Assembly: GCF_001194135.2 (NCBI RefSeq)
Contig: NC_068999.1
Coordinates: forward strand, 3,984,532 to 4,048,531
Origin: Octopus bimaculoides
Lineage: Eukaryota
Direction: 5' to 3'
Length of the DNA stretch: 64,000 bases
Positions 10,901 to 24,668 of this stretch are shown piece by piece. The translations under genes were made by a program, and so were the position numbers. The first letter of the stretch is position 1, and each line of letters begins with the position of its first letter. The notes beneath the pieces are model-generated. The model was given only the letters and a program-made list of their open reading frames with translations, was not told the DNA's origin and made no database searches.

Positions 10901-13812
10901 AGGAAAACGTACATAAATCATATTGAACAGCATTTCCCCATGCTGCACCTCTACAACAACATGGACTGAGGCCATTTACGAACACTCGTCTCTGTTATCA
11001 TTTTGCCCCTGGTAAAACCTAAACTGAGTCGACAATCCCAGCTGCCAACATTTCCGTCTCTTCTTCACTATTTGTAACTAAATCATAAATGTCCTTTAAA
11101 AATATTTTATCTGTATTTAAGACGTTCAGTTGTGATTTAGTTGCTGTTTCTAGCAGTGCGAGCGACCACATAGAGGCTCACTTACTTTGACCTATATTTC
11201 ACCATTGGTGTTTAGAGGAAGGTGAACTGTACCTCCCTCATTGTACTTCGTTTACAATGACGTCACTGTACCTCCTCATGGTACCTCTGTACAGTTATAT
11301 GGTCTGAGCCGTCAACAGACAAATGACTTCGTCATTAATACAGTTCAGCGTCGCTGGCGGAATTCGAACTTTGAGTCCTTAAATCCTTTTATAATGTCTA
11401 CCAGCTGCGATACATAAAGGAAAAATAATTTACCAAAATATGTAACTAATTACTTTCTCTAATTTACTGGCTGCTAATTATTTTAGTAAACAGTGCAATA
11501 ATTGTGACTGCTTGAAACCTACATGGCCTCGTTTTTCCATTATTTTCAGAATAATTGCAGTCAAGTGTTTGTCGCACCCATTTGGCGAACAAAAAAACTG
11601 GGATGGAGTTTATTTAGTACGACCATAAATACATTTGGTATCGGGGATTTTAGTTGTTGATGATGTTGTTGTAAAGCCTGGAAGTTTTCAGGTCAGCCCC
11701 TGATTCAGGGGAACCATCATGTCATGTGGGTAACAAAAGAAACAAGAACTAGATATGGTCTGTAATGCCAGTGCTGATCCGATCACCAGACGTACAATGG
11801 TTTATCGTATGTAGTTCATAGTTGGTGAAGTAGTTATCTCCCTCTTTTAAATGTATCTATTGGACAAGATACTCTCTGTACAGCCAGGTATAACGGGACC
11901 CAGTTAAGTACTGAATCGATGACACCAACTATTCCTTGTCTCTAAAACCGCGGACAAAATACTTTGCGGTATTTCTTCGTTCGGACTCCTTACATTCTGA
12001 ATTCAAATCCTGCCGAGACGAACTTTGCCTTTCGTCATTTCGAGATCGATAAAATAAAGAACCAGTGAAGACCCCTAAAAAATGCTGGCCTTCTGCCTTA
12101 CTTTGAAACTACTACTTACAAACATTGTTTGACGAATTCGCTGTATTCCATCTTTGTCTTCATAAAGTGTCCACACATTTCCAGAAACCAATGAAACGAG
12201 GAAACCTCACTTCTCCAATCTTTGCAAAAACAAAAAAAAAAAAAAAGGGAAATGAAGCCACAACTGAAACGGTGAGGGTGGGGTAGAAAAACGGTTGGAT
12301 TAGTTGATAGGAAAATAGATTACGAATCGAAGGATCGAGTGTTCATATTCCAGCGTGATGCTACGGTTACAACGAAGATTTAGCTACAATGATAAGTTGT
12401 TTGAAATATTTCCAAGAGGAATTGGTAACTCAACCTGGCTCCAGCTGGCTGTTTTTAAGACCCCTTTCTACCATAGATTACCAGTGTAACACCAAGAGTA
12501 GAGGATCGAATTCTACAGCCACCAATGCTTTTGTTCTAAATTAGAAGTAAATAAAATGTTGTTAGTCATTAGTTGTCTTCTAAACATGGCATTATATCGT
12601 CCCTGATCCACTTCTGACCTGACCTCATATCATCTAAGAACACATATAACCACTCAACAAGTATGAATTGAATTGCTTGTTGTGTGCAAGGTTCAAATCA
12701 CTTTCGTTGTTAGTTGACTTGAAAAGCAACAAACAAGAGAGTAGGTGGACGAAAATATAAAAGTTAAGAAACGCTACATAGATCCTGCTTGCTTCAGATA
12801 CGTCTTAATTAATGGGAAGAATGTCTAAAATCATTTATCTCTAAAGCAAAAAGATTGCTGACAATTAGTAAAACGAATCCTAGTTCATCGTTGACTGCGT
12901 TTATATTATACAGAACTCATTGAGGTCACTTTAATCACGGTTGAGCGGCTTGTTTTAATGACTGTGTGCGTGTGTGTATTTGTTGGGCGTTACGCAAGTC
13001 TTCTTAACTAGGTACTCGCTTCTGTCCTTAATCTATATGAATCTGAATTAGGCCAAACTACTAAGATCAAAGTGTTGATATTCTAAACCAAGAAGGGTTG
13101 TGTCTGCTGTGCACTGCTGCACCTCAACACAGCTACACAACCAGAAGAAATGGTTAACCTAATTATTAAATAAAAAAGTTAATGAACGAGAATTAAACCA
13201 ACAAAAGATTTCCTTAACATACTTGGGTTCTATTTAACGTATTTCCCACCACCACCACTACCACTACTGCTATTAGCTATTTTTATAGACATCAATATCT
13301 TCAAGGTAAACTGTGTTGCTATTGACCTCGACACGTGGGAAGTTTTACCTTTTGAGTTTTGTTATTAACACAGCCTGCTGTCATTGTCATTGTTTGACCA
13401 ACAAATGACATGACTCACCAATTTAATATACTTACATCAAATGTAAAACCTTTTTTTTTTATTATTAAAACATCTTTGTTAATGATAAAAGGAGTCGGAC
13501 CAAATTTGACAGCAATACTAAATGTGATTCACCCACCTATATATANNNNNNNNNNNNNNNNNNNNNNNNNNNNNNNNNNNNNNNNNNNNNNNNNNNNNNN
13601 NNNNNNNNNNNNNNNNNNNNNNNNNNNNNNNNNNNNNNNNNNNNNNNNNNNNNNNNNNNNNNNNNNNNNNNNNNNNNNNNNNNNNNNNNNNNNNNNNNNN
13701 NNNNNNNNNNNNNNNNNNNNNNNNNNNNNNNNNNNNNNNNNNNNNNNNNNNNNNNNNNNNNNNNNNNNNNNNNNNNNNNNNNNNNNNNNNNNNNNNNNNN
13801 NNNNNNNNNNNN

Positions 13813-13844
<32 letters not shown>

Positions 13845-16457
13845 CCTAAAATGCAGGGGCCGACAAATAATAGGCACTCACACTTATTATTATTAGGCAA
13901 CTTTGTAGGACAGAGGTGTAGATTATGGGATTGATTTGTGGTGGACCACCACTTCTACTGGACTCTTGTGGTGGACATGTGTGTAGGCTAAGGTTTGTTA
14001 TGTAGGACAAGAGCTGGTAGACAAGGGTTGTTGACCAGAAAGTCTTATTTAGGACTTATTGTGAAAGTGGGTCTAGACTGAGGTACTGAATTAGGACTCG
14101 TATGGGACTAGGACTACTTGTGTGGCGATGACAAACAGCAAGTCAACTGAGAAAGACAGAATGAGTAGAGTGAAGTCAGACACCATGAAACAACCTACAT
14201 AATTTTTCCAGAACATTTTAAAGTAAAACAATAAAATAAAAATATGTTCTGGATGAATGTCACTAAGTTATTAAATGATGCCCGTTTTGTGGCGGTGGTG
14301 GTGGCCGCGGTGGTTGTAAACTAGATCCACTATACTATCAAGGAGTGACTAGTGTTAAGATTATAATGTTGTATACATGGATGGCATCATAATCGTTGAG
14401 AGCCGAGTTAAATCTTTTACATAATTTCACGAGTTCAAATCCCAGCAGAGACGACGTTTGCCTTTCAACACTCCACAACTGATACTCTAACAGTAATATT
14501 CAGTCGTAGATCCAATCGATCTTACAATTGAACTACAAGTAAAGGCATGAACATCACAGGGCCGTTCCTTTGTCATACTTTACGGGTCGTATTTGTCTTT
14601 GTGGCTCAATAACACGTTTTTTTTTTCTCTGTGTCTGAACTACAAGCCCTGGTTGACCGCCCCATTCTTATACTACAAGTCTTATTCCACCACCCTGGGC
14701 CGCCACTCCGGTCCTATAAGCTTATGTGGTTGTGTGACAGGTTGCAATGTGTCCCTTAGAAACACGGTCGAATTACATGACTCTGGGGGATTATATGCGT
14801 GTGCGTATGTGCGTACCTGTACGTGTGAACATATATGTATTTGTAGGTGTCCGTGTATGTGTGTACGTCCACATGTGTGAACGTATGTGTGTGTGTGCTT
14901 GTGTGTACGTGTGCACGTGTGACCGCGTGTGTGTGTCTGTATAAGTGTGCATGCGTGAGCATATCTCTATGAGAGTGAGTAGGTGTACGTGTGTGAACGT
15001 GTGTATGTGTGTACGTGTCTGTCGGTGTATGTGCATGTGTGTGTGCGTGCATGTGCGTGTGTGTGTCTGTGTGCATGTACGTGTGTGTAGTTTTGTGTGT
15101 ATGTGTGCATGTGTGTGGTTGGGTGTGAGTGCATGTGTGTGTGTGTGTACATACTTCTACTTGTCGCTCTGTGCCATCTATGACAACAGAAAGAAAACGG
15201 GCTGGTTTCAGATAATCTGATCCTTTCGAAATGGGATGGTGCCAAGGGAGGCCACTCTAACTTGATTCACTACAGAAGTGATCCAGTATCAACCTCAGCA
15301 AAACAGCTGCTGCTACTACTACTACTACTACCCGAAGAAATACCGTAAAGCATTTTGTCCGACGCTCGAGCTTGTAGAATCGTCAGAGCGTCGGAACACT
15401 ATGCTTTGCTTTATTTGTTTGCGCTCTTAACGTTTCGAGTTCAAATCCTGCCGTAGTCAATTTTGCTTTTCATCCCTTCGGGGTTGATAAAATAAAATAA
15501 AACATCTAATTCTTGAGTCCATGGTATCGGCAAAGACCCTCCCCTCTAAATTCTAAGCCTCCTACCTTGCTCGAGCTACCGGTGAGCTGACAGAATCGTT
15601 GCCACCCCGGACAAAATGCTTAGCGGCATTTCATCCATCTGAACTTTTTGAGTTGAGATTCCGCCGAGGTCGACTTTTGAAAAGGATGTAGCTGTTATTT
15701 CTAGCATTAAGGTTACTAGGTAAAGGCGATGGTTTGCAATCGATTTTTCCAACCCTCAGTAAGTTTATTAATGGTATTTCATTTTTTTTTTTTACCACGG
15801 GGGAATGAAAGGCAAATTTGCACACGCTGGGATTTGAACTCGGAATGGAAAAGAAACGAGAGTAACGCAAAACATCTCGTTCGACGCTCTAATGATTCTG
15901 TTTATCAAGTCTCCTCGTTGCAGCGGAGGTGGCGGCGGCGGCGGCGGCGGCGGCGGTGGTGGTGGTGAAGAGAGGAAGTAGTGAGGCTGGGTGAGAGAGA
16001 AACAAGTTTTTATCTATTTTAAGCTTTCCTGTTGAATATATAATTCTTTGTTTCTATGGTAACACACGCACACACACACACANNNNNNNNNNNNNNNNNN
16101 NNNNNNNNNNNNNNNNNNNNNNNNNNNNNNNNNNNNNNNNNNNNNNNNNNNNNNNNNNNNNNNNNNNNNNNNNNNNNNNNNNNNNNNNNNNNNNNNNNNN
16201 NNNNNNNNNNNNNNNNNNNNNNNNNNNNNNNNNNNNNNNNNNNNNNNNNNNNNNNNNNNNNNNNNNNNNNNNNNNNNNNNNNNNNNNNNNNNNNNNNNNN
16301 NNNNNNNNNNNNNNNNNNNNNNNNNNNNNNNNNNNNNNNNNNNNNNNNNNNNNNNNNNNNNNNNNNNNNNGTGTGTGTTTATACATGTATATTTGTATGC
16401 ATATATATATATACGTGTTCGCGCGCATTCGCGATGAGCATGTGTGCGTACACACAC

Positions 16458-16493
<36 letters not shown>

Positions 16494-19400
16494 ACACTCT
16501 CTCTCTCTCGCTCTCCTTCTCTCTCTCTCAGTCTCTCTCACACACACGCATCCTGCCAAAGTCACTAGGACTAGCAAAAGACGAGATCCTACATAAACAC
16601 CAGAGGCATGCTTCTATGTATTCCGTACTTCAACCTATCCACACGCTTCAGTGCACCTCGATTTCACTTCTCAGTGCTCTAGTCACGATGTCATTCCCAA
16701 CACCACCACCTCCATCACTCCGTTACCGTCGACACCACCATTTAGCAAACTAAACTCCTCCAACATTCGTTTTGCCGGCCCACGACGGGATTTCTTCGTG
16801 CTCGCTCGATCTTTCTAGAAAATAGTAGCAGTGTTCCCTCAAATTACTCTCAAGCACAGGGGTTCTCTACCATTTTTTTTTATCTAGGGACCCCTTTGAT
16901 TACTATTCTATCCTGGTCGACCCTCATAGCTATTCGATGTTTAAAACTAGTCTTATACAAACTTCATTCAAACTTTCTAGTTTGTTTTTCTCGCGTTAAC
17001 TTGTGTCGGTTGAACTGTGCAAAATGTTAGAGGAAGAAACCTAGCTGTTTCTTGCAACACATACCAATACAGTAATTCCTCGACTATCGCGGGTGTTACG
17101 TTCCCAAATCCCGCGCGATAGGTGAAAATCCGCGAAGTAGAAACAGTTTAATACTGTATATATTTTTTTAATCATTTCTATAATTTGTATATATTTATTT
17201 TGTTATAAATGCAAAACAACACCACGGAGGAATCGACATAAGTTCAAATAATAAACCACGATAAGTGAACCGCGATGTGGCGAGGGATTATTGTACTTAT
17301 ATTTAAAGCCAATTTTTTTCAGGGACCTTTAAAATAGTATTGTGGATCTTCTGTTAATTATTTTGTGGTGTGGAACCCCCAAAACCTTATAGGGGCCTTC
17401 AGGGGCTATATGGACCCTCGTTGAGNNNNNNNNNNNNNNNNNNNNNNNNNNNNNNNNNNNNNNNNNNNNNNNNNNNNNNNNNNNNNNNNNNNNNNNNNNN
17501 NNNNNNNNNNNNNNNNNNNNNNNNNNNNNNNNNNNNNNNNNNNNNNNNNNNNNNNNNNNNNNNNNNNNNNNNNNNNNNNNNNNNNNNNNNNNNNNNNNNN
17601 NNNNNNNNNNNNNNNNNNNNNNNNNNNNNNNNNNNNNNNNNNNNNNNNNNNNNNNNNNNNNNNNNNNNNNNNNNNNNNNNNNNNNNNNNNNNNNNNNNNN
17701 NNNNNNNNNNNNNNNNNNNNNNNNNNNNNNNNNNNNNNNNNNNNNNNNNNNNNNNNNNNNNNNNNNNNNNNNNNNNNNNNNNNNNNNNNNNNNNNNNNNN
17801 NNNNNNNNNNNNNNNNNNNNNNNNNNNNNNNNNNNNNNNNNNNNNNNNNNNNNNNNNNNNNNNNNNNNNNNNNNNNNNNNNNNNNNNNNNNNNNNNNNNN
17901 NNNNNNNNNNNNNNNNNNNNNNNNNNNNNNNNNNNNNNNNNNNNNNNNNNNNNNNNNNNNNNNNNNNNNNNNNNNNNNNNNNNNNNNNNNNNNNNNNNNN
18001 NNNNNNNNNNNNNNNNNNNNNNNNNNNNNNNNNNNNNNNNNNNNNNNNNNNNNNNNNNNNNNNNNNNNNNNNNNNNNNNNNNNNNNNNNNNNNNNNNNNN
18101 NNNNNNNNNNNNNNNNNNNNNNNNNNNNNNNNNNNNNNNNNNNNNNNNNNNNNNNNNNNNNNNNNNNNNNNNNNNNNNNNNNNNNNNNNNNNNNNNNNNN
18201 NNNNNNNNNNNNNNNNNNNNNNNNNNNNNNNNACCACCACCACCACCACCACTTCAGCAATTACGTTATCCTCGACTACCACCACCACCACCACCACCGT
18301 CACCACCAGCAGCGGCAGCAGCAGCAGCCATTAGCTATGTCATTCAGAGCCCCACCTACTGTCAGAGTTTACATGTGAAAGCAACTGCAACACAAATGCG
18401 CGGAAGATTGTGTGTCATGTTGGAAACTTAAAGAAACTTCACTTCCAGCGCCACTGGTCCGTCCATTAAACCTGGATATTTCCCCTGGACCGGTATCTGT
18501 CGGTTATCTCTGGACACTCGACTATGAGCAAAAAGCCGAACTTTTTCAAAAACGGTATGTTTACTTTCTCCTGTTACGACAGCGACTGACAGTTCTAGCG
18601 GTTTTTGGAGGGTGCTCTCACCCTGGTAGTAGTTGATTGAGGGTGACCTTTGACTTGTAGGGCGAGAGGTACGAGTTGAGTGACCTCTCAAATTTGTGGC
18701 TGGGTTGTTGAGAGTGACTTTTGACTGGTAGGGAAAACGTATTAGCTGAGGGTACCCTCAAACGGGTTTAAAGTGGGTACTAGTTGATGGATGGTGAATT
18801 TACACGAGTATGGAAGAGGTATTAATCGAGGGTGCCCACAAGCTGGTAGGAAATGGGTACTAATTGAGGGCTGACCACATAGATGGAGGAAGAGATACTG
18901 GTCCACTGATGCCGTAAACTGGTTGGGTTGTACAAGTTAAGCGAGCTTTCTAACAGGGTTGTACTTGTTGAGGGCGACCCTAAACAGGACTGTACTGAGG
19001 GTTCGATGGGGTTTCTTTATGTTGTGTTGTTGCTGTTGTTTAACTTCCAGTGGGTTTTGAATGAACTGATCTAAGTTGAAAGGCATTCCCGCCACGACCA
19101 TTCCGTCTATAATTTATTCAGACATAGAATCAACAACTACCTCTCGTGTCCTTCTTTTAAAATGTGATTTATTGTTGTTGTTCTTCTTGTAGTCTGGTAT
19201 CCCATGATACGTTCCCCGGTATTGTTGTTGTTGTTGTTTAACCCTTGGTCAGCCTATGAAAAGCAGGCGCTCTAACAGTGACCATCCTGTCTTTTTTTCC
19301 AGGCAAGGTGAAACCAGGATCATATTATTCATTGTCTTTTTTTTTTTAAGATGATAGGGTGTGATTTGAGGGAGATTTGGCTGTTATTTCTAGAGGGAAA

Positions 19401-22400
19401 ATTCTTCGTTAGTTTGTATCGCCGATGTTGATATCAGAAAGTACTTGAGTTGTTGTTGTTGCTGTTGTTGTTGTTGCTGTTGTTGTTGTTACTGTTGTTG
19501 TTGTTACTGTTGTTTGTCTTTCACTCGTTTTGCGCATTTACTCGGGAAAACTCTAAAACTCTGCTCACACACTATGCCCCCACACCCCACACGCCTTCTT
19601 CCCTATCTTACCCTTTTTATCTTTTAATCTTCTGCCTCCCCTCTACCTTCTTCCCCTCCTCTCCTAATTCTCTTACTCCCCTTTCCCCTCTCTGTCTTTT
19701 CTTCACCTCTCTCATCTCCCCGCCTCCTTATCTCTCAACCCTCAACATTTCTTAAAACGACAATTATCTAAACTCCATTTCCTTTACCAAATCACTATAA
19801 GATATGATTTTAAGGAGATTTGGCTGTTATTTCCTGCAGTTTTGTTGACGATATTAATACTCCTTCGTCACCTAATTGAGTACCAGTAATATACGGAATT
19901 AGAATTTAATCGCTTCTGTTCCTTCCACAAAAAAAGTGTGGTTTACGTTTAAAATTAGAGAAATTATTATTATTGAGTGAGAGAGCAGGGCATGTTGTCA
20001 AGGTGACACTGGGGTACAAATATATGAAGCCCAGTATACCCATCATGACTACCCGTCTGATAAGGGTACACCAGGCACATGCATCACAACCATGTGTGCG
20101 TGACATGTCTCCACAAAAGAATTATCCAAACCCCAGAGAATTCCTCTCAGCACATGGCCATGATTGCTCCCCCACTACTTCTGCTCCTGATCAGAGATGC
20201 ACATATCGTCAGCCACTAAGGGACATGCTCAACTGGTTAAGGTCAAACACTGGTTAAGGACAAGCAACTCTGTGGTATTAAGCTGGGTATTTGCTGTAGC
20301 CCGTCTTTTACTCCAAAACAGAACATGCATTTGACAGCACCTCTATTGGGTTGGTGCATAGTTATTGTGGTTTCAACAAAAACAATAACAATATTCAACA
20401 AAAACATCTTTAAATGACAGTCTGACCATCTGCCAAGCAAATGGGAGGCAGTAATTGAAGTAGATGGTGACTATGCTCCGGAATAATCATTTAAAGATGT
20501 TTTTGCTACATGTTGTTATTATTTTTGTTGAATAAAATTTGTTGAAAAAAAACCGCAATAATTATGCCCCAACTCAATAATTAGTTAGGATCAGAAGCCA
20601 TGAGAGTCACTCCTTGATAATGCATCAGAGCAGTTATTATTATTACTATTATCATTGCTGCTGCTGCTGCTGCTACTACTACTACTATGGTGAGATGTCA
20701 GAATCGTTAGAGCATCGGGAAACAACACCTTGTAGTCTTCATTCTGAGTTCAAATATCGTCGAGGTCAGCTTCTGTCAACCTTTCGGGGTCGATAAAATG
20801 CATATCGACTAACCCCCTCCCCCAGAATTGCTGGCCTCGTGCCAAAATTTGAAACTTGTCTTTAATACTGTCCTTGATATTCTGTTGGGGTCGATTTCCT
20901 CTGTCTTCATTTTCGAGGGTCGATAAGATAAGTATTAGGGGTTCGTCGGACCGAGTAACTTCGCGCCAGCAAAAATGCAACAAAAAAGGAAATATTAGAA
21001 ACTCACATCTTTTGTGTCGGTTTGTCACTCGCCATTGCAATAACAATGAGAGACTCAACCACGGGGCCTCCACATCTGCCTCTCTTCTACCTGACCCTCA
21101 ACCCATAAACATGGGCGGGGGCTTTGTATGGTCCCTTAACCTGACAGAAATCTCCTTGTAATCTCAGCTGTCCTTTCTTTTATTACTTGTTTGGTTTGTT
21201 TGAAAAGGCTGAACCCACAGGGTTCACACACACACACACACACNNNNNNNNNNNNNNNNNNNNNNNNNNNNNNNNNNNNNNNNNNNNNNNNNNNNNNNNN
21301 NNNNNNNNNNNNNNNNNNNNNNNNNNNNNNNNNNNNNNNNNNNNNNNNNNNNNNNNNNNNNNNNNNNNGAAGGGGCAGAGATGCAGAGGGCTGACTTCTT
21401 TGAACCGAATGAAATATGGAATGAGACCCGAGTATCTGAACAGCGGTGGAACGAGACCAGCAAGTTCTAAAGAGCAGAGGCCATTGTAGTAGAGGTAGAA
21501 AAGGCAGAGAGAGGAGACATACACGTCTGGGCCTGAGGCGGGGAATATTTTGGTGAACATCTTTGTGTAAATGAACTACGCGGAACATGGGAATTTGAAG
21601 CAAACTATTTGAGGTTCCTGCATGGAGACCACATTCTTATAGTCATGGAGGAGTCAACTCTGGCACAGTCGTCATGGCGGTACAATACCATGTTATAGTT
21701 ATTTGGTAGGAGTGGTGGTGATACTCGTTTTATGCTCACTCAGAATGAGTGTCAAACACAACAAAAGAAGTTAGTGGCTACGAACGAAGATATAAATATT
21801 TCTATTGTTATTTTAACACCTAAAATGCTGTTTATGTGAAGATCATTCCTTCAGTAAACCGGTTCAATCCAGTGTATGCGTGACACTGGAATAGTTTGAA
21901 AGTGATTTATATGTTTTTCTTTCTTTGTCAATGACACCCAATGTCGAAAGCTTTGAAGCGTCGATTGTTTACATTGCAGAAGGTCTCAGGATTTTGTAAA
22001 TAACTGACGATAGGAAGATAGAATACAGTTTTTGTGTAACCGAGAACAGCTCCGAAGAAGACATTNNNNNNNNNNNNNNNNNNNNNNNNNNNNNNNNNNN
22101 NNNNNNNNNNNNNNNNNNNNNNNNNNNNNNNNNNNNNNNNNNNNNNNNNNNNNNNNNNNNNNNNNNNNNNNNNNNNNNNNNNNNNNNNNNNNNNNNNNNN
22201 NNNNNNNNNNNNNNNNNNNNNNNNNNNNNNNNNNNNNNNNNNNNNNNNNNNNNNNNNNNNNNNNNNNNNNNNNNNNNNNNNNNNNNNNNNNNNNNNNNNN
22301 NNNNNNNNNNNNNNNNNNNNNNNNNNNNNNNNNNNNNNNNNNNNNNNNNNNNNNNNNNNNNNNNNNNNNNNNNNNNNNNNNNNNNNNNNNNNNNNNNNNN

Positions 22401-24629
22401 NNNNNNNNNNNNNNNNNNNNNNNNNNNNNNNNNNNNNNNNNNNNNNNNNNNNNNNNNNNNNNNNNNNNNNNNNNNNNNNNNNNNNNNNNNNNNNNNNNNN
22501 NNNNNNNNNNNNNNNNNNNNNNNNNNNNNNNNNNNNNNNNNNNNNNNNNNNNNNNNNNNNNNNNNNNNNNNNNNNNNNNNNNNNCAAAGGCCACCTCTAT
22601 TTAGAAAGTGAATATATCTCACTGGTGTCTCTCCATTTGCCATCTTGTAATGAAGATTTGAATATTAAAACCATTTTCGTCATCTTCCTTAATACCTCTC
22701 AGATATTGGTGCCAATGTCAGAAACACTTCGATTTATGTCACTCCTCCATCTTGGTTCTTGAAAGAAAGAATTTCAAAACATCATGGGAGGAAATATTTA
22801 AAACCAGGTTCCGGTTTCTTGCACAAATCTCCTTCTAGATATCCAAAACTATAATCTTGTAAATAGATTCCAAATTACCATTTATTGGCGTGCTCACAGA
22901 ATTCTCAAATGTGTTGCAACTTGCTAGAATAAATGTGGAATTAAGTGATCAAAGATTTGTGAGGTTTGCTAAATTTGGTATCAAATTCTTTTAATGTGGT
23001 TATCACGATTCTTTTATATCGATGGCGTTAGAATAATATTTGGCAGAAAACCGGTTTCCCTTCTTCATTTTAAAGCTGTTGTCTTTGATGAGAGGAAATT
23101 CGGCAATTATCTTTAGCACTTCAAGATAGTGTGCAGCAAGTCACGTGCTCAAACGTGCAACTGTTTTTGGTTTGCTCGAGGTCATCTTCGATCAAAGACA
23201 TTCTGTGTGCGACCTTCTGATTTTTTTCTATTCTTTTCAGACATTGTATATCTAAGACTACAGTATTTAATGTGATCTTCTATAATAATAAACGCGAAAT
23301 TCTGTCCGTCTGAGACTCCTATATATCAGTCTACATTTTCTCTACAGAGACATATCATACCATTTTGAAATCAGGATCATTTGGTTCTTGAACATTCAAC
23401 ATTGGGATCTGGTTTAAAAGCATTTGGGTTGCTATTTCTAGCCGTTAAATTTTGGCTGCTTCACGCCACCTTGGTTGGCGTTTGTCAGACAACGTCAGAG
23501 ATCAAGGGGAAGATAAATGACACCCGCTTCGTTAATTTTACGTCGAGATCAGAACTTTGAGACAAACTAGCCAACAATTGGAATTCAACTTGGGACTGGA
23601 ACAATAAAATGATTGCATTACAGAATTATTTCTCATCCGTCCTTAGCCTCTGATCAAACACCACCGGGGCATATAGTCATTATAGACATATTATAGACAT
23701 GCTACTTAGCTCACTTTAGTTTTGGGCCACAGGCCCAATTATCTCTCTCTCTCTCTCTCTCTCTTTATCTCTATCTCTCTCTCTCTCTCTTTCTCCCTCT
23801 CTCTCTCTCTTTCTCCCTCTCTCTCACTCTCACTCTCACACACACACACACGTTACTCTGGCAATTCGGGATCTTTTTTCTTTAACTTCTGCCCAGATGA
23901 AACATTTGGCATATTGTCAGACTCTCCGAAACGTGTGTGTGCTTGTGTGCACGCGTAATTGTGTGCCCATACATTCATAAAAAGTACACACACACACACA
24001 CACATTGTTACTCCCCGGTTACTTTAGTGATGAGAATATATCAGCTACTTAATCATTTTTTTTTATCTACAACTTTTTTAACTCATTTATTATCAAATTG
24101 TAAACAGACAAGTCCGTCGGTCAGCCCGTCCGTCGGTCAGCCCGTCCGTCCACCATTATGTTGATTCAGCTTATATGAATGTCTTATTATTCTATATTCT
24201 TAATACATTACTTTGTTTGCTGACCTAATTCGAATGGGTTCAGAGAGAGTGAGAGAGACAAGATTACAGCAGAGATGTAAGGGCGTTCCTGGCGTTTTGC
24301 ACTCGACGACCTCGTGTTGGAACAGCTTCGCTCAAGATGAGCTTGGAAACAGGAGACAAAATAAATGCATATAACCTGGCCTGCGTATGTTATACAGATA
24401 AAACGTCATCGTTTAAGGTCAGGTTTCCATGCTGGCATGGGTTGGACGGTTTGACGAGAGCTAGTGTCCTCCATCAGTTTCAACGATGAGCATGCACTTG
24501 TTTGACCAGCCTCCTCATTGAAATATCATATAAGTGGCTGAGTACACCACCAACACATGTACCCGTGACAAAAAATCTTCAGGTAGACTTTGTGTGACTG
24601 TACAATGAGGCTAGATTTTTGTGTAGGTA

Positions 24630-24668
<39 letters not shown>

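Noticed and set aside
15729-15767. ATG...CCCTCA|GTAAGT, a possible first exon ([10 protein letters not shown])
   Set aside because: Overlaps the end of a minus-strand SINE A and is phase 0, incompatible with exon 2.
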